Shown here: positions 12,901 to 27,900 of the stretch, piece by piece
How positions within the stretch are numbered: the first letter of the stretch is position 1
Layout of the letters: every line of letters begins with the position of its first letter
DNA from: Lytechinus pictus
Lineage: Eukaryota
Length of the DNA: 64,000 nt
NCBI RefSeq assembly: GCF_037042905.1
Contig: NC_087251.1
Span: 31,684,001 to 31,748,000, forward strand
Direction: 5' to 3'
The notes under the pieces: model-generated
What the model was told of the DNA's origin: nothing
The model's input: only the letters and a program-made list of their open reading frames with translations
The model's database searches: none
Program-made: the position numbers and the translations under genes

Positions 12901-15900
12901 TTGCATAGAAAATTCATTTTCAATGCATTTCTTTGTGCTAGTGTAAGTGTACAGATATAAAAGAATAGCAAAGTAGCTATTAAAAAAAATAAAATTCATA
13001 GGTCATATAATATAGGTGCCATGAGCCTAATTACATCAGGAGGGCTAAAGATATTTGTTCGACCCAACCCATTCGAAATTTTTCAATTTGATATTGCTGA
13101 TTGACAAAAATGTATGAATATGATTCAAAATCTAACACTGATTCTAGAAATGGTAACTACTGAACTTCCTTTGCCCAAATTGGGAAGATATATCAATGAT
13201 TTGGCACTATTTTTTGACTGGCGGAAGAATTGGGGCTATTTTACTGTTTCAGTTGATGAATTTGATCCTATCATAGTTATCTTCATAAATGACGATTTAT
13301 TTTTAAAATGAGCTGGCTACGATACCCTTCTCTGGTCAGATATGGAATGTCAGATATATATCCTATCCAAAGGTAGTAAACATTTGACCCTCTAATTTCA
13401 CATTTATTTTTTATGAATTTTTGTTAAGTGCCATTTTAACACACAAGTCTATGGGGAATGTTTTACGCGCGTGAGACCTATAAGTAATACAGGCGAATTC
13501 CCTATAGTGGATGGAATACCTGCCAAAACTCCTCAGAAGCAAACAATTTCTAACTGATATCAATATGTTTAGTCATCAAGTGGTGCAAAAAATGGATTTA
13601 ATGGCTTAGCAAGGCTATATCAGGTAAAGTTAGTAGGTATGTGTATGTAAGCCTAGGAATGCATATAGACTGGTCAATGAGAGTCTAGGCCTCTTTATGT
13701 TCTGATTCATCATTGGTTTGTGCTAGTGTATGATCACCTACTTAATGTTAGAAAGACCTTTACAAATTGCTCATGTTAAAATTGTTCTTTGGAATGGGGT
13801 AGAGAGCTAGAGATAGAAATTTCTGAACTTTACTGAAGAGAACTAGAGTGGAAGCTTCAAGAAGGTATTTAGAAAAAGGCACAGAGTAAGGTAAGGTATA
13901 TAATAGTGCTCAACTAAGGAGGGAGGGGGGTGGCTGTGTGATCCAATCTTAGTCTAGCCCCCCCCCCCTCTTTATAAGCCATGACATCTATAAAATTATC
14001 TTTCTTTCTCTCTCCTCTTTCTATCTATTTATGTATCTCTTTCTTCTTACATCTGATAGGCAATAGCCCTAGGAAGATTTTGATATAATAGTTCAAATGC
14101 AAATGTACTAAAGTAATATAATATGTTATTGTTTCCTCATTCAATCTCATGTACTTCTAGTAATTATGTTTGAGGCAGTTCTGGTATCCTGATATCTACA
14201 CCAAATTTACATACACCTTTATATTACAAGGAGAATAGGGGCCTATATTGTCATTGCATTCACTGTTGGGCTATATGCAGGAAGGATATGTATACATCCA
14301 TATAGTGAATATAGCATGTATGAGTAGCACATTAAAATGGGTCATTGCATAGAAAATTCATTTTCAATGCATTTCTTTGTGCTAGTGTAAGTGTACAGAT
14401 ATAAAAGAATAGCAAAGTAGCTATTAAAAAAAATAAAATTCATAGGTCATATAATATAGGTGCCATGAGCCTAATTACATCAGGAGGGCTAAAGATATTT
14501 GTTCGACCCAACCCATTCGAAATTTTTCAATTTGATATTGCTGATTGACAAAAATGTATGAATATGATTCAAAATCTAACACTGATTCTAGAAATGGTAA
14601 CTACTGAACTTCCTTTGCCCAAATTGGGAAGATATATCAATGATTTGGCACTATTTTTTGACTGGCGGAAGAATTGGGGCTATTTTACTGTTTCAGTTGA
14701 TGAATTTGATCCTATCATAGTTATCTTCATAAATGACGATTTATTTTTAAAATGAGCTGGCTACGATACCCTTCTCTGGTCAGATATGGAATGTCAGATA
14801 TATATCCTATCCAAAGGTAGTAAACATTTGACCCTCTAATTTCACATTTATTTTTTATGAATTTTTGTTAAGTGCCATTTTAACACACAAGTCTATGGGG
14901 AATGTTTTACGCGCGTGAGACCTATAAGTAATACAGGCGAATTCCCTATAGTGGATGGAATACCTGCCAAAACTCCTCAGAAGCAAACAATTTCTAACTG
15001 ATATCAATATGTTTAGTCATCAAGTGGTGCAAAAAATGGATTTAATGGCTTAGCAAGGCTATATCAGGTAAAGTTAGTAGGTATGTGTATGTAAGCCTAG
15101 GAATGCATATAGACTGGTCAATGAGAGTCTAGGCCTCTTTATGTTCTGATTCATCATTGGTTTGTGCTAGTGTATGATCACCTACTTAATGTTAGAAAGA
15201 CCTTTACAAATTGCTCATGTTAAAATTGTTCTTTGGAATGGGGTAGAGAGCTAGAGATAGAAATTTCTGAACTTTACTGAAGAGAACTAGAGTGGAAGCT
15301 TCAAGAAGGTATTTAGAAAAAGGCACAGAGTAAGGTAAGGTATATAATAGTGCTCAACTAAGGAGGGAGGGGGGTGGCTGTGTGATCCAATCTTAGTCTA
15401 GCCCCCCCCCCCCCTCTTTATAAGCCATGACATCTATAAAATTATCTTTCTTTCTCTCTCCTCTTTCTATCTATTTATGTATCTCTTTCTTCTTACATCT
15501 GATAGGCAATAGCCCTAGGAAGATTTTGATATAATAGTTCAAATGCAAATGTACTAAAGTAATATAATATGTTATTGTTTCCTCATTCAATCTCATGTAC
15601 TTCTAGTAATTATGTTTGAGGCAGTTCTGGTATCCTGATATCTACACCAAATTTACATACACCTTTATATTACAAGGAGAATAGGGGCCTATATTGTCAT
15701 TGCATTCACTGTTGGGCTATATGCAGGAAGGATATGTATACATCCATATAGTGAATATAGCATGTATGAGTAGCACATTAAAATGGGTCATTGCATAGAA
15801 AATTCATTTTCAATGCATTTCTTTGTGCTAGTGTAAGTGTACAGATATAAAAGAATAGCAAAGTAGCTATTAAAAAAAATAAAATTCATAGGTCATATAA

Positions 15901-18900
15901 TATAAGTAATACAGGCGAATTCCCTATAGTGGATGGAATACCTGCCAAAACTCCTCAGAAGCAAACAATTTCTAACTGATATCAATATGTTTAGTCATCA
16001 AGTGGTGCAAAAAATGGATTTAATGGCTTAGCAAGGCTATATCAGGTAAAGTTAGTAGGTATGTGTATGTAAGCCTAGGAATGCATATAGACTGGTCAAT
16101 GAGAGTCTAGGCCTCTTTATGTTCTGATTCATCATTGGTTTGTGCTAGTGTATGATCACCTACTTAATGTTAGAAAGACCTTTACAAATTGCTCATGTTA
16201 AAATTGTTCTTTGGAATGGGGTAGAGAGCTAGAGATAGAAATTTCTGAACTTTACTGAAGAGAACTAGAGTGGAAGCTTCAAGAAGGTATTTAGAAAAAG
16301 GCACAGAGTAAGGTAAGGTATATAATAGTGCTCAACTAAGGAGGGAGGGGGGTGGCTGTGTGATCCAATCTTAGTCTAGCCCCCCCCCCCCCCTCTTTAT
16401 AAGCCATGACATCTATAAAATTATCTTTCTTTCTCTCTCCTCTTTCTATCTATTTATGTATCTCTTTCTTCTTACATCTGATAGGCAATAGCCCTAGGAA
16501 GATTTTGATATAATAGTTCAAATGCAAATGTACTAAAGTAATATAATATGTTATTGTTTCCTCATTCAATCTCATGTACTTCTAGTAATTATGTTTGAGG
16601 CAGTTCTGGTATCCTGATATCTACACCAAATTTACATACACCTTTATATTACAAGGAGAATAGGGGCCTATATTGTCATTGCATTCACTGTTGGGCTATA
16701 TGCAGGAAGGATATGTATACATCCATATAGTGAATATAGCATGTATGAGTAGCACATTAAAATGGGTCATTGCATAGAAAATTCATTTTCAATGCATTTC
16801 TTTGTGCTAGTGTAAGTGTACAGATATAAAAGAATAGCAAAGTAGCTATTAAAAAAAATAAAATTCATAGGTCATATAATATAGGTGCCATGAGCCTAAT
16901 TACATCAGGAGGGCTAAAGATATTTGTTCGACCCAACCCATTCGAAATTTTTCAATTTGATATTGCTGATTGACAAAAATGTATGAATATGATTCAAAAT
17001 CTAACACTGATTCTAGAAATGGTAACTACTGAACTTCCTTTGCCCAAATTGGGAAGATATATCAATGATTTGGCACTATTTTTTGACTGGCGGAAGAATT
17101 GGGGCTATTTTACTGTTTCAGTTGATGAATTTGATCCTATCATAGTTATCTTCATAAATGACGATTTATTTTTAAAATGAGCTGGCTACGATACCCTTCT
17201 CTGGTCAGATATGGAATGTCAGATATATATCCTATCCAAAGGTAGTAAACATTTGACCCTCTAATTTCACATTTATTTTTTATGAATTTTTGTTAAGTGC
17301 CATTTTAACACACAAGTCTATGGGGAATGTTTTACGCGCGTGAGACCTATAAGTAATACAGGCGAATTCCCTATAGTGGATGGAATACCTGCCAAAACTC
17401 CTCAGAAGCAAACAATTTCTAACTGATATCAATATGTTTAGTCATCAAGTGGTGCAAAAAATGGATTTAATGGCTTAGCAAGGCTATATCAGGTAAAGTT
17501 AGTAGGTATGTGTATGTAAGCCTAGGAATGCATATAGACTGGTCAATGAGAGTCTAGGCCTCTTTATGTTCTGATTCATCATTGGTTTGTGCTAGTGTAT
17601 GATCACCTACTTAATGTTAGAAAGACCTTTACAAATTGCTCATGTTAAAATTGTTCTTTGGAATGGGGTAGAGAGCTAGAGATAGAAATTTCTGAACTTT
17701 ACTGAAGAGAACTAGAGTGGAAGCTTCAAGAAGGTATTTAGAAAAAGGCACAGAGTAAGGTAAGGTATATAATAGTGCTCAACTAAGGAGGGAGGGGGGT
17801 GGCTGTGTGATCCAATCTTAGTCTAGCCCCCCCCCCCCTCTTTATAAGCCATGACATCTATAAAATTATCTTTCTTTCTCTCTCCTCTTTCTATCTATTT
17901 ATGTATCTCTTTCTTCTTACATCTGATAGGCAATAGCCCTAGGAAGATTTTGATATAATAGTTCAAATGCAAATGTACTAAAGTAATATAATATGTTATT
18001 GTTTCCTCATTCAATCTCATGTACTTCTAGTAATTATGTTTGAGGCAGTTCTGGTATCCTGATATCTACACCAAATTTACATACACCTTTATATTACAAG
18101 GAGAATAGGGGCCTATATTGTCATTGCATTCACTGTTGGGCTATATGCAGGAAGGATATGTATACATCCATATAGTGAATATAGCATGTATGAGTAGCAC
18201 ATTAAAATGGGTCATTGCATAGAAAATTCATTTTCAATGCATTTCTTTGTGCTAGTGTAAGTGTACAGATATAAAAGAATAGCAAAGTAGCTATTAAAAA
18301 AAATAAAATTCATAGGTCATATAATATAGGTGCCATGAGCCTAATTACATCAGGAGGGCTAAAGATATTTGTTCGACCCAACCCATTCGAAATTTTTCAA
18401 TTTGATATTGCTGATTGACAAAAATGTATGAATATGATTCAAAATCTAACACTGATTCTAGAAATGGTAACTACTGAACTTCCTTTGCCCAAATTGGGAA
18501 GATATATCAATGATTTGGCACTATTTTTTGACTGGCGGAAGAATTGGGGCTATTTTACTGTTTCAGTTGATGAATTTGATCCTATCATAGTTATCTTCAT
18601 AAATGACGATTTATTTTTAAAATGAGCTGGCTACGATACCCTTCTCTGGTCAGATATGGAATGTCAGATATATATCCTATCCAAAGGTAGTAAACATTTG
18701 ACCCTCTAATTTCACATTTATTTTTTATGAATTTTTGTTAAGTGCCATTTTAACACACAAGTCTATGGGGAATGTTTTACGCGCGTGAGACCTATAAGTA
18801 ATACAGGCGAATTCCCTATAGTGGATGGAATACCTGCCAAAACTCCTCAGAAGCAAACAATTTCTAACTGATATCAATATGTTTAGTCATCAAGTGGTGC

Positions 18901-21900
18901 AAAAAATGGATTTAATGGCTTAGCAAGGCTATATCAGGTAAAGTTAGTAGGTATGTGTATGTAAGCCTAGGAATGCATATAGACTGGTCAATGAGAGTCT
19001 AGGCCTCTTTATGTTCTGATTCATCATTGGTTTGTGCTAGTGTATGATCACCTACTTAATGTTAGAAAGACCTTTACAAATTGCTCATGTTAAAATTGTT
19101 CTTTGGAATGGGGTAGAGAGCTAGAGATAGAAATTTCTGAACTTTACTGAAGAGAACTAGAGTGGAAGCTTCAAGAAGGTATTTAGAAAAAGGCACAGAG
19201 TAAGGTAAGGTATATAATAGTGCTCAACTAAGGAGGGAGGGGGGTGGCTGTGTGATCCAATCTTAGTCTAGCCCCCCCCCCCCTCTTTATAAGCCATGAC
19301 ATCTATAAAATTATCTTTCTTTCTCTCTCCTCTTTCTATCTATTTATGTATCTCTTTCTTCTTACATCTGATAGGCAATAGCCCTAGGAAGATTTTGATA
19401 TAATAGTTCAAATGCAAATGTACTAAAGTAATATAATATGTTATTGTTTCCTCATTCAATCTCATGTACTTCTAGTAATTATGTTTGAGGCAGTTCTGGT
19501 ATCCTGATATCTACACCAAATTTACATACACCTTTATATTACAAGGAGAATAGGGGCCTATATTGTCATTGCATTCACTGTTGGGCTATATGCAGGAAGG
19601 ATATGTATACATCCATATAGTGAATATAGCATGTATGAGTAGCACATTAAAATGGGTCATTGCATAGAAAATTCATTTTCAATGCATTTCTTTGTGCTAG
19701 TGTAAGTGTACAGATATAAAAGAATAGCAAAGTAGCTATTAAAAAAAATAAAATTCATAGGTCATATAATATAGGTGCCATGAGCCTAATTACATCAGGA
19801 GGGCTAAAGATATTTGTTCGACCCAACCCATTCGAAATTTTTCAATTTGATATTGCTGATTGACAAAAATGTATGAATATGATTCAAAATCTAACACTGA
19901 TTCTAGAAATGGTAACTACTGAACTTCCTTTGCCCAAATTGGGAAGATATATCAATGATTTGGCACTATTTTTTGACTGGCGGAAGAATTGGGGCTATTT
20001 TACTGTTTCAGTTGATGAATTTGATCCTATCATAGTTATCTTCATAAATGACGATTTATTTTTAAAATGAGCTGGCTACGATACCCTTCTCTGGTCAGAT
20101 ATGGAATGTCAGATATATATCCTATCCAAAGGTAGTAAACATTTGACCCTCTAATTTCACATTTATTTTTTATGAATTTTTGTTAAGTGCCATTTTAACA
20201 CACAAGTCTATGGGGAATGTTTTACGCGCGTGAGACCTATAAGTAATACAGGCGAATTCCCTATAGTGGATGGAATACCTGCCAAAACTCCTCAGAAGCA
20301 AACAATTTCTAACTGATATCAATATGTTTAGTCATCAAGTGGTGCAAAAAATGGATTTAATGGCTTAGCAAGGCTATATCAGGTAAAGTTAGTAGGTATG
20401 TGTATGTAAGCCTAGGAATGCATATAGACTGGTCAATGAGAGTCTAGGCCTCTTTATGTTCTGATTCATCATTGGTTTGTGCTAGTGTATGATCACCTAC
20501 TTAATGTTAGAAAGACCTTTACAAATTGCTCATGTTAAAATTGTTCTTTGGAATGGGGTAGAGAGCTAGAGATAGAAATTTCTGAACTTTACTGAAGAGA
20601 ACTAGAGTGGAAGCTTCAAGAAGGTATTTAGAAAAAGGCACAGAGTAAGGTAAGGTATATAATAGTGCTCAACTAAGGAGGGAGGGGGGTGGCTGTGTGA
20701 TCCAATCTTAGTCTAGCCCCCCCCCCCTCTTTATAAGCCATGACATCTATAAAATTATCTTTCTTTCTCTCTCCTCTTTCTATCTATTTATGTATCTCTT
20801 TCTTCTTACATCTGATAGGCAATAGCCCTAGGAAGATTTTGATATAATAGTTCAAATGCAAATGTACTAAAGTAATATAATATGTTATTGTTTCCTCATT
20901 CAATCTCATGTACTTCTAGTAATTATGTTTGAGGCAGTTCTGGTATCCTGATATCTACACCAAATTTACATACACCTTTATATTACAAGGAGAATAGGGG
21001 CCTATATTGTCATTGCATTCACTGTTGGGCTATATGCAGGAAGGATATGTATACATCCATATAGTGAATATAGCATGTATGAGTAGCACATTAAAATGGG
21101 TCATTGCATAGAAAATTCATTTTCAATGCATTTCTTTGTGCTAGTGTAAGTGTACAGATATAAAAGAATAGCAAAGTAGCTATTAAAAAAAATAAAATTC
21201 ATAGGTCATATAATATAGGTGCCATGAGCCTAATTACATCAGGAGGGCTAAAGATATTTGTTCGACCCAACCCATTCGAAATTTTTCAATTTGATATTGC
21301 TGATTGACAAAAATGTATGAATATGATTCAAAATCTAACACTGATTCTAGAAATGGTAACTACTGAACTTCCTTTGCCCAAATTGGGAAGATATATCAAT
21401 GATTTGGCACTATTTTTTGACTGGCGGAAGAATTGGGGCTATTTTACTGTTTCAGTTGATGAATTTGATCCTATCATAGTTATCTTCATAAATGACGATT
21501 TATTTTTAAAATGAGCTGGCTACGATACCCTTCTCTGGTCAGATATGGAATGTCAGATATATATCCTATCCAAAGGTAGTAAACATTTGACCCTCTAATT
21601 TCACATTTATTTTTTATGAATTTTTGTTAAGTGCCATTTTAACACACAAGTCTATGGGGAATGTTTTACGCGCGTGAGACCTATAAGTAATACAGGCGAA
21701 TTCCCTATAGTGGATGGAATACCTGCCAAAACTCCTCAGAAGCAAACAATTTCTAACTGATATCAATATGTTTAGTCATCAAGTGGTGCAAAAAATGGAT
21801 TTAATGGCTTAGCAAGGCTATATCAGGTAAAGTTAGTAGGTATGTGTATGTAAGCCTAGGAATGCATATAGACTGGTCAATGAGAGTCTAGGCCTCTTTA

Positions 21901-24900
21901 TGTTCTGATTCATCATTGGTTTGTGCTAGTGTATGATCACCTACTTAATGTTAGAAAGACCTTTACAAATTGCTCATGTTAAAATTGTTCTTTGGAATGG
22001 GGTAGAGAGCTAGAGATAGAAATTTCTGAACTTTACTGAAGAGAACTAGAGTGGAAGCTTCAAGAAGGTATTTAGAAAAAGGCACAGAGTAAGGTAAGGT
22101 ATATAATAGTGCTCAACTAAGGAGGGAGGGGGGTGGCTGTGTGATCCAATCTTAGTCTAGCCCCCCCCCCCCCTCTTTATAAGCCATGACATCTATAAAA
22201 TTATCTTTCTTTCTCTCTCCTCTTTCTATCTATTTATGTATCTCTTTCTTCTTACATCTGATAGGCAATAGCCCTAGGAAGATTTTGATATAATAGTTCA
22301 AATGCAAATGTACTAAAGTAATATAATATGTTATTGTTTCCTCATTCAATCTCATGTACTTCTAGTAATTATGTTTGAGGCAGTTCTGGTATCCTGATAT
22401 CTACACCAAATTTACATACACCTTTATATTACAAGGAGAATAGGGGCCTATATTGTCATTGCATTCACTGTTGGGCTATATGCAGGAAGGATATGTATAC
22501 ATCCATATAGTGAATATAGCATGTATGAGTAGCACATTAAAATGGGTCATTGCATAGAAAATTCATTTTCAATGCATTTCTTTGTGCTAGTGTAAGTGTA
22601 CAGATATAAAAGAATAGCAAAGTAGCTATTAAAAAAAATAAAATTCATAGGTCATATAATATAAGTAATACAGGCGAATTCCCTATAGTGGATGGAATAC
22701 CTGCCAAAACTCCTCAGAAGCAAACAATTTCTAACTGATATCAATATGTTTAGTCATCAAGTGGTGCAAAAAATGGATTTAATGGCTTAGCAAGGCTATA
22801 TCAGGTAAAGTTAGTAGGTATGTGTATGTAAGCCTAGGAATGCATATAGACTGGTCAATGAGAGTCTAGGCCTCTTTATGTTCTGATTCATCATTGGTTT
22901 GTGCTAGTGTATGATCACCTACTTAATGTTAGAAAGACCTTTACAAATTGCTCATGTTAAAATTGTTCTTTGGAATGGGGTAGAGAGCTAGAGATAGAAA
23001 TTTCTGAACTTTACTGAAGAGAACTAGAGTGGAAGCTTCAAGAAGGTATTTAGAAAAAGGCACAGAGTAAGGTAAGGTATATAATAGTGCTCAACTAAGG
23101 AGGGAGGGGGGTGGCTGTGTGATCCAATCTTAGTCTAGCCCCCCCCCCCTCTTTATAAGCCATGACATCTATAAAATTATCTTTCTTTCTCTCTCCTCTT
23201 TCTATCTATTTATGTATCTCTTTCTTCTTACATCTGATAGGCAATAGCCCTAGGAAGATTTTGATATAATAGTTCAAATGCAAATGTACTAAAGTAATAT
23301 AATATGTTATTGTTTCCTCATTCAATCTCATGTACTTCTAGTAATTATGTTTGAGGCAGTTCTGGTATCCTGATATCTACACCAAATTTACATACACCTT
23401 TATATTACAAGGAGAATAGGGGCCTATATTGTCATTGCATTCACTGTTGGGCTATATGCAGGAAGGATATGTATACATCCATATAGTGAATATAGCATGT
23501 ATGAGTAGCACATTAAAATGGGTCATTGCATAGAAAATTCATTTTCAATGCATTTCTTTGTGCTAGTGTAAGTGTACAGATATAAAAGAATAGCAAAGTA
23601 GCTATTAAAAAAAATAAAATTCATAGGTCATATAATATAGGTGCCATGAGCCTAATTACATCAGGAGGGCTAAAGATATTTGTTCGACCCAACCCATTCG
23701 AAATTTTTCAATTTGATATTGCTGATTGACAAAAATGTATGAATATGATTCAAAATCTAACACTGATTCTAGAAATGGTAACTACTGAACTTCCTTTGCC
23801 CAAATTGGGAAGATATATCAATGATTTGGCACTATTTTTTGACTGGCGGAAGAATTGGGGCTATTTTACTGTTTCAGTTGATGAATTTGATCCTATCATA
23901 GTTATCTTCATAAATGACGACGATTTATTTTTAAAATGAGCTGGCTACGATACCCTTCTCTGGTCAGATATGGAATGTCAGATATATATCCTATCCAAAG
24001 GTAGTAAACATTTGACCCTCTAATTTCACATTTATTTTTTATGAATTTTTGTTAAGTGCCATTTTAACACACAAGTCTATGGGGAATGTTTTACGCGCGT
24101 GAGACCTATAAGTAATACAGGCGAATTCCCTATAGTGGATGGAATACCTGCCAAAACTCCTCAGAAGCAAACAATTTCTAACTGATATCAATATGTTTAG
24201 TCATCAAGTGGTGCAAAAAATGGATTTAATGGCTTAGCAAGGCTATATCAGGTAAAGTTAGTAGGTATGTGTATGTAAGCCTAGGAATGCATATAGACTG
24301 GTCAATGAGAGTCTAGGCCTCTTTATGTTCTGATTCATCATTGGTTTGTGCTAGTGTATGATCACCTACTTAATGTTAGAAAGACCTTTACAAATTGCTC
24401 ATGTTAAAATTGTTCTTTGGAATGGGGTAGAGAGCTAGAGATAGAAATTTCTGAACTTTACTGAAGAGAACTAGAGTGGAAGCTTCAAGAAGGTATTTAG
24501 AAAAAGGCACAGAGTAAGGTAAGGTATATAATAGTGCTCAACTAAGGAGGGAGGGGGGTGGCTGTGTGATCCAATCTTAGTCTAGCCCCCCCCCCCCTCT
24601 TTATAAGCCATGACATCTATAAAATTATCTTTCTTTCTCTCTCCTCTTTCTATCTATTTATGTATCTCTTTCTTCTTACATCTGATAGGCAATAGCCCTA
24701 GGAAGATTTTGATATAATAGTTCAAATGCAAATGTACTAAAGTAATATAATATGTTATTGTTTCCTCATTCAATCTCATGTACTTCTAGTAATTATGTTT
24801 GAGGCAGTTCTGGTATCCTGATATCTACACCAAATTTACATACACCTTTATATTACAAGGAGAATAGGGGCCTATATTGTCATTGCATTCACTGTTGGGC

Positions 24901-27900
24901 TATATGCAGGAAGGATATGTATACATCCATATAGTGAATATAGCATGTATGAGTAGCACATTAAAATGGGTCATTGCATAGAAAATTCATTTTCAATGCA
25001 TTTCTTTGTGCTAGTGTAAGTGTACAGATATAAAAGAATAGCAAAGTAGCTATTAAAAAAAATAAAATTCATAGGTCATATAATATAGGTGCCATGAGCC
25101 TAATTACATCAGGAGGGCTAAAGATATTTGTTCGACCCAACCCATTCGAAATTTTTCAATTTGATATTGCTGATTGACAAAAATGTATGAATATGATTCA
25201 AAATCTAACACTGATTCTAGAAATGGTAACTACTGAACTTCCTTTGCCCAAATTGGGAAGATATATCAATGATTTGGCACTATTTTTTGACTGGCGGAAG
25301 AATTGGGGCTATTTTACTGTTTCAGTTGATGAATTTGATCCTATCATAGTTATCTTCATAAATGACGATTTATTTTTAAAATGAGCTGGCTACGATACCC
25401 TTCTCTGGTCAGATATGGAATGTCAGATATATATCCTATCCAAAGGTAGTAAACATTTGACCCTCTAATTTCACATTTATTTTTTATGAATTTTTGTTAA
25501 GTGCCATTTTAACACACAAGTCTATGGGGAATGTTTTACGCGCGTGAGACCTATAAGTAATACAGGCGAATTCCCTATAGTGGATGGAATACCTGCCAAA
25601 ACTCCTCAGAAGCAAACAATTTCTAACTGATATCAATATGTTTAGTCATCAAGTGGTGCAAAAAATGGATTTAATGGCTTAGCAAGGCTATATCAGGTAA
25701 AGTTAGTAGGTATGTGTATGTAAGCCTAGGAATGCATATAGACTGGTCAATGAGAGTCTAGGCCTCTTTATGTTCTGATTCATCATTGGTTTGTGCTAGT
25801 GTATGATCACCTACTTAATGTTAGAAAGACCTTTACAAATTGCTCATGTTAAAATTGTTCTTTGGAATGGGGTAGAGAGCTAGAGATAGAAATTTCTGAA
25901 CTTTACTGAAGAGAACTAGAGTGGAAGCTTCAAGAAGGTATTTAGAAAAAGGCACAGAGTAAGGTAAGGTATATAATAGTGCTCAACTAAGGAGGGAGGG
26001 GGGTGGCTGTGTGATCCAATCTTAGTCTAGCCCCCCCCCCCCTCTTTATAAGCCATGACATCTATAAAATTATCTTTCTTTCTCTCTCCTCTTTCTATCT
26101 ATTTATGTATCTCTTTCTTCTTACATCTGATAGGCAATAGCCCTAGGAAGATTTTGATATAATAGTTCAAATGCAAATGTACTAAAGTAATATAATATGT
26201 TATTGTTTCCTCATTCAATCTCATGTACTTCTAGTAATTATGTTTGAGGCAGTTCTGGTATCCTGATATCTACACCAAATTTACATACACCTTTATATTA
26301 CAAGGAGAATAGGGGCCTATATTGTCATTGCATTCACTGTTGGGCTATATGCAGGAAGGATATGTATACATCCATATAGTGAATATAGCATGTATGAGTA
26401 GCACATTAAAATGGGTCATTGCATAGAAAATTCATTTTCAATGCATTTCTTTGTGCTAGTGTAAGTGTACAGATATAAAAGAATAGCAAAGTAGCTATTA
26501 AAAAAAATAAAATTCATAGGTCATATAATATAGGTGCCATGAGCCTAATTACATCAGGAGGGCTAAAGATATTTGTTCGACCCAACCCATTCGAAATTTT
26601 TCAATTTGATATTGCTGATTGACAAAAATGTATGAATATGATTCAAAATCTAACACTGATTCTAGAAATGGTAACTACTGAACTTCCTTTGCCCAAATTG
26701 GGAAGATATATCAATGATTTGGCACTATTTTTTGACTGGCGGAAGAATTGGGGCTATTTTACTGTTTCAGTTGATGAATTTGATCCTATCATAGTTATCT
26801 TCATAAATGACGATTTATTTTTAAAATGAGCTGGCTACGATACCCTTCTCTGGTCAGATATGGAATGTCAGATATATATCCTATCCAAAGGTAGTAAACA
26901 TTTGACCCTCTAATTTCACATTTATTTTTTATGAATTTTTGTTAAGTGCCATTTTAACACACAAGTCTATGGGGAATGTTTTACGCGCGTGAGACCTATA
27001 AGTAATACAGGCGAATTCCCTATAGTGGATGGAATACCTGCCAAAACTCCTCAGAAGCAAACAATTTCTAACTGATATCAATATGTTTAGTCATCAAGTG
27101 GTGCAAAAAATGGATTTAATGGCTTAGCAAGGCTATATCAGGTAAAGTTAGTAGGTATGTGTATGTAAGCCTAGGAATGCATATAGACTGGTCAATGAGA
27201 GTCTAGGCCTCTTTATGTTCTGATTCATCATTGGTTTGTGCTAGTGTATGATCACCTACTTAATGTTAGAAAGACCTTTACAAATTGCTCATGTTAAAAT
27301 TGTTCTTTGGAATGGGGTAGAGAGCTAGAGATAGAAATTTCTGAACTTTACTGAAGAGAACTAGAGTGGAAGCTTCAAGAAGGTATTTAGAAAAAGGCAC
27401 AGAGTAAGGTAAGGTATATAATAGTGCTCAACTAAGGAGGGAGGGGGGTGGCTGTGTGATCCAATCTTAGTCTAGCCCCCCCCCCCTCTTTATAAGCCAT
27501 GACATCTATAAAATTATCTTTCTTTCTCTCTCCTCTTTCTATCTATTTATGTATCTCTTTCTTCTTACATCTGATAGGCAATAGCCCTAGGAAGATTTTG
27601 ATATAATAGTTCAAATGCAAATGTACTAAAGTAATATAATATGTTATTGTTTCCTCATTCAATCTCATGTACTTCTAGTAATTATGTTTGAGGCAGTTCT
27701 GGTATCCTGATATCTACACCAAATTTACATACACCTTTATATTACAAGGAGAATAGGGGCCTATATTGTCATTGCATTCACTGTTGGGCTATATGCAGGA
27801 AGGATATGTATACATCCATATAGTGAATATAGCATGTATGAGTAGCACATTAAAATGGGTCATTGCATAGAAAATTCATTTTCAATGCATTTCTTTGTGC

